Shown: in pieces, positions 52,207 to 64,000 of the stretch
Layout of the letters: every line of letters starts with the position of its first letter
Position numbering within the stretch: the first letter of the stretch is position 1
Origin: Trichoplax adhaerens
Taxonomy: Eukaryota > Animalia > Placozoa
NCBI RefSeq assembly: GCF_000150275.1
Contig: NW_002060964.1
Location: 735,643 to 799,642 of the forward strand
Length of the DNA: 64,000 nt
Direction: 5' to 3'
Made by a program: the position numbers and the translations under genes
The notes under the pieces: generated by a model
Seen by the model: the letters and a program-made list of their open reading frames with translations, nothing else
Told to the model about the DNA's origin: nothing
Database searches by the model: none

Positions 52207-55200
52207 CGAACATTTGGAATCATTTTGCAAAATGACTTCGAAGCTGTCATAATATGGCTCTTTTAAAGTGTCTAATAATGTCTCTAATTCGTTGATCTTA
52301 CGGTTAAGTTCCTGACATGTATTTTGTAATTCCCGAATATCACTACGACGCTCTGGAGATACAGTCGCAATAGCCATATTACTTCCACTACCACTGTAAG
52401 CACGATCTCTGAAGTAGTCCTGTGATGGTAATGTATCTCTTCTGAGTGGCATTGAAACATTAATGTCTTCGTCTGCTACTGACGACCTGTGATAGTTGAG
52501 ACTAGTAGGATTACCATTCAAATACGATAATATTTTTTCGGCATCAGTTATAGATGATGTAGAGGAGCTTAAAGTTGGACGTACTGCATGCGTTGGCGAT
52601 CGCGCTGACATCGACGATTGTGGACGTTCCACTTCAGGTAAGGCATAATAACCAGAAGACGTCGGCATAGGTGTTGCAGATCTATGTCTACTGTGGCGGT
52701 TATAGTTAGGTGCAGCACCATATGAACTTTGGTAATAAGCAAAATCTTCTCGTCCTTGAATAGCACTACCTTTATATCTATTATCAATAGCATCTGTTCT
52801 CGTCTTTGGATGTACCGTTTTGGTAGGATAATAACGTTCTGACATACTTGAGTGAGGGCGATTGCTGTAAGGACTTGGAGTAAGCGATCTAGATGTTTGT
52901 ATTCGATCAGGTGAAATTTCTGCCATAGGATAAGTTGAACTTGATCGAGAGGGTGATGGTCTCTCCATATCATTAACGAACGGTTCTAAACCGTAAACTT
53001 CTTGCAGTATAGGACTTTCAGATTTAGGTGGGATCATCATCTGTCGGTCATTTATTGGCGCATTCGGTGGAATTTGATTAATATCATCAACATAATCTTC
53101 ATTAATTAGTTTATACCCTTCTGGATCAGCATCGACCAAATCTATAGCATCTGGTGATAGTTGAGCAGCTACATGATGCACACCTTCATTAATATTGATT
53201 TGCGTAAAAGGCAAACACATATCTTCGTTGCATTTATCCAAGTAATCTGTTATACGACTACTTAATTCTTCATACTGTAGGGTTATATCATCAATTTCTT
53301 GCTGAATATTAATAGAATCTTCTGTATCACAATGTTTAATTAATTTACGCCCAACTTCGGCTAAAATACTTAAATTAGATAGATGCTCGTCCATGCTTGT
53401 TTCAATTCTCTTGACTTTAAGAGCAATGTCTTTCGTTTGCTTCGGACTATGAGGTGAGCTGTTTATCATAATATTAATCCTTTCTTCCATGTTAGCTAGC
53501 CAGTTTCGGACACCTTTCTTATTTTCTGTGAACTGGTCAAACAGTGCTTTATTTAACTTACCTTGAATAGATCGTTTAACTGCCAATGCATCTTTACGCA
53601 AGTTAATCCATTTCTTACGCAATTCATTAACATTTTCTTTTAATGCTATGCTAACACTGTCGTCAAGAGAACGTCGAATTTGCTCATAATGCAATATTAG
53701 ATTATCCAATAATGTTTTTCTAGTAGCTATTTCTCGACAAATAGTTTCAATTTCCACAGCAGCATCGTCCTCATCCTTACTGGCCATTTCAAGAAGTTGA
53801 TGTACTATTTCATTTTTGTCATGAATCCAATTTTCAAATTCCTGACGATTATCATTAAATTTAGACCAAAAATTGAAAGCATCCTTAGCACTAGTTACAC
53901 GATTATTGGATCGTTTACATATAACTTTCCAACGATTATCAACATCGTTCATTGTAGTTGCTAAGATTCGAACATCTTCTTCCGTAGCGCAAACGTCGGG
54001 ATCATTTAATAACTTACGATAAATATCCAGTACTGCTTCAATTGAACTAGATTTTTGCAATACTTCACGTTGAATATTTTCCTCGTCTGTTAAACTCTTT
54101 CTTAACTCATTCACTTGTAGCGATTGGATAGACCTTGGTGATGCTAGTTTACCTTCCAATTCAACTAGCCAAGCAAGTAAACTTTTTACTCCTGTTTGCA
54201 ATTTTATTAGTGCCTTAACGGTCTCAGTTAGTTTAGCGTGACGATTGATAAGTCGATGATAAACATCATGCCAGCGTTCTTGTACCATAGCTTGCTTCTC
54301 AATTATTAAACGGCATACCTCTTTACTACCAATTTTTTTCAACTTTTCAGCATGTTCGATTAATTCTTTCTTTTGAACTTCTAAGTCATCCATTTTAGGT
54401 AAATAAGTATCATTAATAATATTCAATTGTTCTTTGGGGCCTGCAGCTTGTGCTAAGTCTTTCGAGAATGTTAAATTAATTTCATTTAAACATCCAATAA
54501 GTGTCTGATATTTTTCCATAAATTCAATCCAAGTATGATGCTGTTCATCATCTTTACCCTTATCGACTAACAGCATACTTTGAGTTGTAGTCCATTTTTC
54601 CGTTAAATCATGAAGTATTTGTGCAATATCTGTCAATTCGTCGTCAGTAAGAAAAGAACTCGATTTCAGAAATGCTATTGCGTCTACAGTTTTGTCATAT
54701 AACTGTCGATGATTGTTCATTTCCATTTCCAATTTTTCAAATCGTTGCGAATAATCGGCCCAATTATCGTTACTGTTAACTGTTTGTTTACGCTGTAATT
54801 CTGTACTAACTCTTTGAAGCATTATCATTATACTCTGACTTCCTTGCTTAATTGTATTCCATCTCTCGTACGTTTCACTTAATTCTTCTAATTTATCACT
54901 AATATGGCCTTTAAGCTCTTGCCATTTTTGCTTTAAGTCGCTATCTTCATTTTGTAATAATTGTTGCGTATTGTCAGTACAGGATTTAATTAAATTCTGG
55001 CTACATCCATGCATGATGTTCATTTTCTCGCCATTTCTACTTAGCAATTCGCTCATCGATTTATATTTATTATACTTTGCCTTTACTACTGCATACCCTT
55101 TGACGTCAGTACAATCTTCATCGTCACACATTGAAGCTATCTCTTGTACAAATTCAGATAGTTCATCTTTAACAGTTTGATATTGCATCCAATATTCAAT

Positions 55201-58200
55201 AACAAGTTCAAGTTGGACCTTTCTATCCTTCTGTGTAGCACATAGCTTAGACCATGACTTGGTTAAAATATTGATAGTCTGTTGTAGATCACCTACATTG
55301 TCAGTACTTGTACTAGCAACAGCTTCTTTTCTTTCCAATAAATTTTGAATAGCTTCTCGGTGGGCATCAGCTTCGGTTTCAAATAATGTATGCTTCTCCA
55401 ATTCATGCTTGATGATACTTATACTATCAGGCTTTGTAGATAAAACAACTGCCATTGGTTTACCTAAATTGAGCGTTTCAACAATATTTTCCATAAAGAT
55501 TAGCCATTTTTTGACGTCTTCTTCTAATATACAAATATTATCGACGAAATCTTCAACCGTATGATACTCTGAAGTTGTATTGCATAAAATATTCACCCAG
55601 CGCTCATTAATATCATCAACAGCTGCAGCAAAATTTGCAATTTCAGCAGCTTCGACTTCTGCATTAAAGATATTCTCAGCTAAGTAATTAATCTCATTGA
55701 GTAATAACTGACGATTGTCTAGACGACTTAATAGTGATTGCAATTCCATTTGCGCTTTCTGAACCTCTTCTTCACTTCTATCAGGATCAGACACAAGGTG
55801 CATGACTTCTTCAGTTTGTTTCATCCATGATACAAATATCTTACTTGTTTCATCAAATTGTGTTACATAACTTTTAACCTTTTGTAAATTTTGCCAGTTT
55901 GATGTAATTTCGGAGCAAAAATTACTCCAGCTATTAGTTACTTCAGTTTTAACTGGCAAGATATACTTCTGATAAGAGTCAACACGAGACTTTATTGCAT
56001 TCGCTAATGATTCAAATGAATTAATTCGATCTTGATAGTCATTAACTTGAGATAAAAATTTCTCACACGTTTCCAACTGGGAATCTAATGTATTTTCATT
56101 ATTATTCTGCTTCGTAAACTTATCGTTTTCCGCAGATTTTAACCATTTTCTAACATCATCCTCTTCCTCTTGAAATTGTTTCCATAATGCAATTGTATTA
56201 CATATCTCTTCTTTCTTTTTAATTAATGAGCTGCCAGCAGTAGTCCAACGGGCTAAAACTTCCACTGTATCTTCTTTAATTCGAGGTACAACATTGGAAT
56301 CACATTTATCTTCTAACAATTGAGTTACTGTTGACATATTCTCAATGATCGGCTGTTGCAATAGCATGTCAGCATGTAGGATGTCTAAGTTACTTAAATG
56401 CTGCTGAAGTCCACTAAGATCACTAGTAATGGGATCATTGCAACATTTATTTATAAGTTGTTCAGCTTCATTTACGCGTTCGGTTGTATCAGTTAATGTG
56501 CTACGACATTTATTAATTAAAGTGTCGTCTACATTAGTACTATCTTGCTCTTTATTCATATCAACTAACAATTCATTCCATCCATCGAAGGTTGTTGCTA
56601 TACCAGTCGAAATATCGTCATTAGATAAATTTAATATACCGCTATTTGTAAGTTTCGGTTTTTTCATATATTCTTCCGATTCTTCAATTGGTGATGTCAA
56701 CTGAAGGCATTCATCAATTGCTGAAATCAAATTATCTTTATTACTTTCCGCATCAGCGGTATCGAACGTCTTCTTTTCTTGTGAAATAACTTCATTTAAT
56801 TCCTTAACAGAACCTTGAAAGTTGTGGAGCAATTGTACTGCATCTTCTAGCATCGCTTCCTTACCGGCTGCTTTGTGAACATAGTCTAACCATTTACAAT
56901 AAGCAATTTTGGTATCTTCTTCTGGACAATCATCGTCGTTAACGCTATCCGCTGATTCATCATTAGATACAGATTTCATCATAATCAATGAATTTTTTAG
57001 ATATTCTAAGTGTGTTGGCTTAATTAGCAATTGCTGCTTTAGTTCCGTTGCTTTCTCTAATCTTTCCATTGCTAAAGCCTCCGAATAGTTCATTTGATAC
57101 TGATCCATATGGAATGAAAGGTCACTACCAACTCTGCTCCTCCAGTCTATCTTATCAATAATATCACCTCGTAATTGCTTGATAGATCCTGAAACTTCTT
57201 TAATTTCATCACATTTTCGAGTCAATTCTTGCCAGTTGGATTTTACGGACTCTAACTTTTCCGATATAGTATCGTTACTTTGATATTTATCCTTACTAAG
57301 GCATTTCTGGCCAAATTCTATGATCTTGTTGGTTACTGGTTGCAGTAATTCCTTCGATCTTGCATCATTTGTCGTTTCAATGGTAGACTCATCATCTTGA
57401 ATAGCATTATTTTCCGATTCTGATGGTTTTATTCCGTTGCTACCATAATCTTTAGGTTGAGCGTTTACTAATTCTTTCAGGTCACTTTGCTTCTGTTGGA
57501 TAATATTTCCCAAGGATAATAGTTGCTTCCTCGTTTTTTCCTCCTGATTTTTAAGATTTGGAGCTAAAGGCTCATCATTTAAAATTTGAACATCTACTCT
57601 TAACGATTCGCTGACATCTTGATATTCTTCTAGTAAACTTTCTAACTTTTCAAGCTTTTCTATTTCTTGTTCAGCATCTTTCCTTGTAAGTGTAGCAGGT
57701 ACTTGAGATACCTGCATTAACGCTTGATTGGACCATTTCGTGATGGCAGCACAACTATCATCGAATTTCTTCCATGTAGTAAATATTGAATCGAGCTTTT
57801 TATGCATATCCTGAATGCTTTCATAGTCTTTAGTCTGTAGTAGAGATTCTTCGCTCGATGCAAGACTTAACGATACAATTGATCCGTGGGACGGTGATTT
57901 CATCGGCCTTCTAGCTAATTCGACATTAAATTCTTCTTCGAAAGCTTTCAATTGTCTTTTCATTTCTTTAACATTTTTTGGATTGAAATTTTTACAGAAA
58001 TGATCAAGTTTGAAATCAACATTTTCTGATGTAGTTTTATCTCTTTCTTGGTTCCTACGATGGCCGATTTCGTAGGCAATTCGCTGGTGGATTAGATCTA
58101 AGTTTTGATCTATGCGTTGTACCCTACTGATGGGTTCCGTTGACATAGCTTTTTCTTTCCTTGATTTAGGAGAAAGACCATATTCAGCTAAAATCTTCTG

Positions 58201-61200
58201 AATGTCGCGATGATGCTGTTCTAAACTGTTGTTAACATCTTCTAGCTGAGTTACAAGATGTTTCTGGTCGGTGTCTTCTTTCAAACAATCCAAAGTTTGA
58301 TGTAATACACCTAAGCATTTATCAGCGACTACTGAACAATTCTGTAGTACTTCAACGTCGTCTGAGTTCTCTATCTCGTTATTGGGCTCATCCATTTGAG
58401 CAGGATGATCTGGTGAGAGCGCATTTTGTGGCGGTGTATCCGTTCGCATGGTATTACAATCAGCCTCAACGATGGATGTTATATTGGTCATAAATGAAAG
58501 AATTGTATCTTCTACACTGACTGATGGATCATCCATAGAAGTACTTCCACATAAATCGTAGTAACTTTGACTTTTGGCAGAGTATTCATATTTTTCCGAA
58601 ACGGAGATATCTGAACTACTTTCAGCGCCACTTTTCATGCCTTTAAGATCTAAAGTAGTTTCAAATCCCTTTGATTTGTCGATAGTGATATCAGGTTGGG
58701 ATAGTTGCGATTTGTAGAATGGAGGATCGGATTTTTCCATTTCCTTAGCTACCTTACCTGAAGGAAGGTCACCACTAGTGTTAGACTGTTGATCAGCACT
58801 TGGTATCGTCTGGGAAGGCATATTAGTCACATTAGACGTGGTTTTCATCGCGTCATCATCAAATTGCTTAAAAAGCCTATCCCAATCGTGAACTTTAGTT
58901 TCTAAAGGCTTTTCGGCTACTGCTAAAACAATTTCTGATTCTTCTATCGGTGCATTCTTGAGGTTTTGTGCCTGTCTCTGGTTCGTGGGGTAGATCTCAT
59001 CGACAGGCACAACTTGATTAAGATTATTTGAACTAGCAGACACAGGCGAATGAATCTGTTGTTTGCCATCACTTTTCATCGCATGTTTTGGAACACTTTG
59101 TTGATCTTCCTTATTCTTACTTTGATTAGTTACCACAGTTGCTTTTTGCAAATTATGAACTTGTGGGCAAGCTGCAGCTTGAACGTTGTCATCATTGATA
59201 GTATCACTTGCTGCAGTCGATTTATCATCTGGATCGAGCCGCATAAGAAATTTAAACAGGCTAATTTTATGCTCCTGTTGTTCAACATTCTGCGGTTGAA
59301 TTTGATGATCCGAGGGTACTTCAGATGACGAATCCTTTACAAAAGCAAAAGGTTGGTTTTCGTTTTGAGGTATCTTCGTCGCATCCGCAATGTGATCAGG
59401 AAGGGCTTCAGTTAATTCCGAATCTCCACGTACGTTTTCTTCCCTGACATTCAATTCGATTATATCATTTCGATGTAGTAAGCTTTCCTTTAAAAGAATT
59501 GATCTTATTGTCTGTATATCGTCGTCATCGCTTTCCTGATCAGTATTGGTATCAGCTGCCATTCCAGAAGAAGTTGGAGAAAGTAATTCATTGCCGATCA
59601 CATCGGCATCATTACTCTTAGGCGGTGCAGTTTCATCGACTACAGACTGCTCCGAAATTATATTCTCATTCGAAATTTCAGGGTTCTTAATTGCATCTTG
59701 AGCCTCGGAGGGCAAACTATTTTCTACAGGTTGCAGCTTAGATTCATCAGTTAATTCCACGTCTCCATCAGTATTATCTTGTACTTTCAGGGAATTTTCA
59801 CTATTTGTATCTTCGGCAGCAGCTATGTCCATTTTTACTTCGTTACCAACGAATTCATTTGGCGAACAATCTGTATCAAGGGTATCTTGCATTTTGGGAA
59901 AATTTTCATTTTTGGTATCTTTAGGAGTCACGATATTCATACTCGTATCGCTGTTAACGAAATTATGCGATGTGGCTGCATCAACATTCTCTTGTCTTCT
60001 CAAAGATTTTTCATGATTCGCGTCCACGATAGCACTGATGGAGGTATTTGCTTCGTAGTCGACCAAATCATCCGGTAGGCGATTAGCTGCGGTACTACCG
60101 TAATCGTCATCAGCGTTCGAGCCATCCTCATCAGTATTTACTAATTGCTCAGCATCGCTACCATCGTCATGATCGTTGTTTTCTTCAGTAACTAATAATT
60201 CTTCATCTGAATGTTGGCTGAGCGATACTCCATCTTGGCTATCATCAATGTTATTTGATTCTACGCCAGCATTCATATCGCTGGAGACCGCCACTGCTTC
60301 TTGCGGTGAATAAGATTCATTTGTATATGCTTCTGAACCGACTTCCTCATCTGCCGAAAGATTCTGTCCATCCTGAAATACGAGTTCGAATTCTGCGGAA
60401 GAAGTCGTTACACTAGTTTGTAAACTATCATCATCATTAATAGAACTTTCTTTGCCATGATCTACTGTAGTATCTCCAGCTTCATCAGTATGTGATAGAC
60501 TATTACGATCTGTAGACGGCAATTGACTATCTCTAGCCTCCTCATTATCAACATTCAACCGTTGTTTAGCTTTATAAGACTCGATATCACTTGTCTCATA
60601 TTCAACAGAATAACCAGACTCGGACTGATTTTCTACCTGGTCAGCCAAGTAGTCCGATAAATCTCCAATATCACTTCCTCCATCATCCTTGCTTGAATGT
60701 GTAGAATTTTCTCTGTTAACAGCTAAGTCAGAAGACGATTTTTCATCATCTAACGTTAATTCCTCTTGCATTACAGGCCTTCTAATTTGACTATCAGTAC
60801 TATCGAGGTCAGTATTTATTTCACCTTCATCCCCTCGATATTCACCAAGTTCATTGCTATCATTCTTGCTTGTATTTTCTTTCGGTAACTCTTCTTTTTG
60901 GTACAAATTGTCGCCTATAACATTAGACATAAGATCTGAGCTATCGGCAGTATTCGATGATAATGTTTCCGCCGTGTTGATACTTTCTGGCTCGATAGTG
61001 TTATGCACAGCATCGGTTTTGTTGGTGCTCGGTTTGTAAAATTCATCAATATTATTTAAACTCGATTTTTTCGTATCATTATCGTGATCTACTGCAGGTA
61101 CTTGTATTCCAGATACTCTCTCATCGCTAGTTCTATCATCTGAACTTGATTTTTCCGTATCATCATGGTGACCTACTACAGGCATTTGTGTTTCAGGCGC

Positions 61201-63088
61201 TTTCTCATCGGTATCTCTATCAGATGAACCTGTTTTTTCTGTATCGTCATAGTAATCTACTGGAGGTACTTGTGTCCAAGATGCTTTCTCATCGGTAACT
61301 TTATAAGATAAACCTGTTTTTTCTACATTTTCATAGTGATCTACTACAGGTTCTTGTGTTCCGGATGCTTCAATATCGGTAACACTATGAGATGGATTCG
61401 ATTTTTCCGTATCATCAGGGTGATCTACTGCAGTTACTTGTGTTCCAAATACTTTCTCATCGGCAACTCTACCAGATGAGCCCGATTTTTCCCTACGATC
61501 AGAGTGATCTACAGCAGGTACTTGTATTTCAGATGCTTGCACATCGGTAACTGTATGAGATGGATTCGATTTTTCCGTATCATCAGGGCAATCTACTGCA
61601 GATTCTCGTGTTCCAAATGCTTTCTCATCGGCAACTCTACCAGATGAACCCGATCTTTTCCTACGATCAGAGTGATCTACTGCAGGTACTTGTGTTTCAG
61701 GTGCTTTTACATCTGTAACTGTATGAGATGGATTCGATTTTTCCGTATCATCAGGGTGATCTACTGCAGTTACTCGTGTTCCAAATGCTTTCTCATCGGC
61801 AACTCTACCAGATGAACTCGATCTTTTCCTACGATCAGAGTGATCTACTGCAGGTACTTGTGTTTCAGGTGCTTTTACATCTGTAACTGTATGAGATGGA
61901 TTCAATTTTTCCGTATCATCAGGGTGATCTACTGCAGATACTCGTGTTCCAAATGCTTTCTCATCGGCAACTCTATCAGATGAGCCCGATCTTTTCCTAC
62001 GATCAGAGTGATCTACTGCAGGTACTTGTGTTCCAGGTGCTTTTACATCTGTAACTGTATGAGATGGATTCGATTTTTCCGTATCATCAGGGTGATCTAA
62101 TGCAGTTACTCGTGTTCCTAGTACTTTCTCATGGGTAACTCTATCAGATGAGCCCGATTTTTCCCTACGATCAGAGTGATCTACTGCAGGTACTTGTGTT
62201 TTAGATGCTTTCACATCGGTAGCTCTATGAGATGGATTCGATTTTTTCGTATCAGGATGATCTACTGCAGGTGCTTTTTTATCTATAACTCTATGAGATG
62301 GATTCGATTTTTCCGTATCATCAGGGCGATCTACTGCAGGTACTCGTGCTCCAAATACTCTATCAGATGAGCCCGATTTCTTCCTACGATCAGGGTGATC
62401 TACTGCAGGTACTTGTACTTTAGATGTTTTCACATCGGTAACTCTACGAGATGGATTCAATTTTTCCGTATCATCAGGGCGATCTACTGCAGTTCCTCGT
62501 GCTCCAAATACTTTCTCACGGGTAACTCTATCAGATGAGCCCGATTTTTTCCTACGCTCAGAGTGATCTACTGCAGGTACTTGTACTTTAGATGTTTTCA
62601 CATCGGTAACTCTACGAGATGGATTCGATTTTTCCGTATCATCAGGGCGATCTACTGTAGATGCTCGTGCTCCGAATACTTTCTCATGGATGACTCTATT
62701 AGATGATCCCGATTTTGTCCTACGATCAGAGTGATCTACTGCAGGTGCTTGTGTTCCAGGTGCTTTCTTATCTGTAACTCTATGAGATGAATTCCATTTT
62801 TCCGTATCATCAGAGCGATCTACTGTAGCTGCTCGTGCTCCGAATACTTTCTCATGGGTAACTCTATCAGATGATCCCGATTTTTTTCTACGATCAGAGT
62901 GATCTACTGCAGGTGCTTGTGTTCCAGGTGCTTTCTTATCTGTAACTCTATGAGATGAATTCCATTTTTCCGTATCATCAGGGCGATCTACTGTAGATGC
63001 TCGTGCTCCGAATACTTTCTCATGGGTAACTCTATTAGATGAGCCCGATTTTTTCCTACGATCAGCGTGATCTACTGCAGGTGCTTTG
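52207..63088 (-). CDS. Nesprin/SYNE (Msp300-like) giant spectrin-repeat protein, giant exon downstream of the frameshift: 28-aa repeats, acidic disordered region, spectrin repeats, Ser/Pro-rich linker
   Basis: The 3467-aa ORF has a frame that stays open upstream of the GTG at 62601 to about 63088. It contains many W-anchored spectrin-type helices. The segment SSIEAVLDIYRKLLNDPDVCATEEDVRILATTMNDVDNRWKVICKRSNNR...FWSKF...FENWI (about 53820-54060) matches my recollection of the conserved C-terminal nesprin-1 spectrin repeat (GVASVLNLCEVLLHDCDACAT...LDRRWRNIC). It ends at donor TCG|GTAAGA (52207/52206). Confidence 0.85.
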
Positions 63089-64000
63089 CAGGTGCTTTCT
63101 TATCTGTAACTCTATGAGATGAATTCCATTTTCCCGTATCATCAGGGCGATCTACTGTAGATGCTCGTGCTCCGAATACTTTCTCATGGGTAACTCTATT
63201 AGATGAGCCCGATTTTTTCCTACGATCAGAGTGATCTACTGCAGGTGCTTGTGTTCCAGGTGCTTTCTTATCTGTAACTTTATGAGATGAATTCCATTTT
63301 TCCGTATCATCAGAGCGATCTACTGTAGATGCTCGTGCTCCGAATACTTTCTCATGGGTAACTCTATTAGATGAGCCCGATTTTTTTCTACGATCAGAGT
63401 GATCTACTGCAGGTGCTTGCTTATCTGTAACTCTATGAGATGAATTCGATGTTTCTGTATCATCAGGGTCATCTACTGCAGGTACCTGTATTCCAGATGC
63501 CTTCTCATCGGTAACGCTATCAGATGAGCTCGATTTTTCCGTATCATCATAGTGATCTACTGCGGGTACTTGTGTTCCAGATGCTCTCTTGTTGGCAACT
63601 CTATCCGATGAGCTCGATTTTTCTGTATCATTAGAGTGATCTACTGCAGATACTTGTATTTCAGATGGACTCGTTTTTTCCATATCAACATAGTGATCTA
63701 CCGCAGGTACCTGTGTTTCAGATGCTTTCTCATCGGTAATTCTATCAGATGAATTCGAATTTTCCGTATCATCGAAGTGAACTACTGCAGGGACTTTTGT
63801 TTCAGATACGTTCTCATCTGCAACTCTATCATTTGAGCTCGATTTTTCCGTATTATCGTAGTGATCTACTGCTGGTATTTGTGTTTCAGATGCTTTCTCA
63901 TCGGTAACTCTATCAAATGAACTCGCTTTTTCTGTATCATCAGAGCGATCTACTGCCGGTACTTGTGTTTCAGATGCTTTCTCATCGGTAACTCTATCAG
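61050..64000 (-). repeat. Coding tandem repeat, 84-bp (28-aa) monomer largely arranged as a 168-bp A/B dimer, about 35 monomers in the window
   Basis: GATCTACTGCAG-like cores recur every ~84 bp. Units QVPAVDHSDRRKRSGSSDRVADEKAFGT and RVTAVDHPDDTEKSNPSHTVTDVKAPET alternate. Confidence 0.95.
63089..64000 (-). CDS. Nesprin-like gene, upstream part of the same repeat-coding exon (different frame; runs off the window)
   Basis: The frame is open from the window edge (SDRVTDEKASETQVPAVDRSDDTEK...) through the 63072-63683 ORF and encodes the same 28-aa repeat. It is separated from the downstream frame by an indel at about 63075-63097. Confidence 0.75.

Noticed and set aside
52569-62370. Alternative-frame and antisense ORFs inside the nesprin exon
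   Set aside because: These are shadow ORFs expected from codon bias in a long CDS, with no independent signals.
52198-62601. The 3467-aa ORF as a complete stand-alone gene, a viral or transposon polyprotein, or dystrophin/spectraplakin
   Set aside because: It starts at an internal GTG with the frame open upstream and ends in a splice donor. I see no RT, integrase, WW/ZZ, EF-hand or GAS2 motifs, and a nesprin-type repeat signature is present.

Overview
This is AT-rich eukaryotic (animal) genomic DNA with spliceosomal GT-AG introns. It is not prokaryotic, and I see no CRISPR array, rRNA or tRNA. The compact introns and divergent proteins suggest an early-branching metazoan such as a placozoan; this is inference only. 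I can support three protein-coding genes in 64 kb, all on the minus strand. (1) A Six3/6 (optix-class) homeobox gene: coding exon 16620-17455, a 4.9-kb intron, a small last coding exon at 11568-11694 that the ORF track misses, and a probable 5'-UTR exon near 18123-18260. (2) About 19 kb upstream, in tandem, a strongly divergent Six1/2-like gene (36702-37463) with a non-canonical homeodomain N-terminus ([10 protein letters not shown]). (3) The 3' part of a giant nesprin/SYNE-like spectrin-repeat gene (50486 to beyond 64000). It has an apparent exon of at least 11.8 kb containing a 28-aa/56-aa coding tandem repeat with one frameshift, four small terminal exons, and no recognisable KASH domain. 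The rest is a gene-poor, probably regulatory landscape with minisatellites of about 197, 51 and 81 bp, microsatellites and a possible decayed MITE. The most interesting points are the tandem Six cluster next to a nesprin, the aberrant or mosaic second Six gene, and the apparently KASH-less nesprin with a charge-alternating repeat. I found no evidence of a wholly new class of genetic system.
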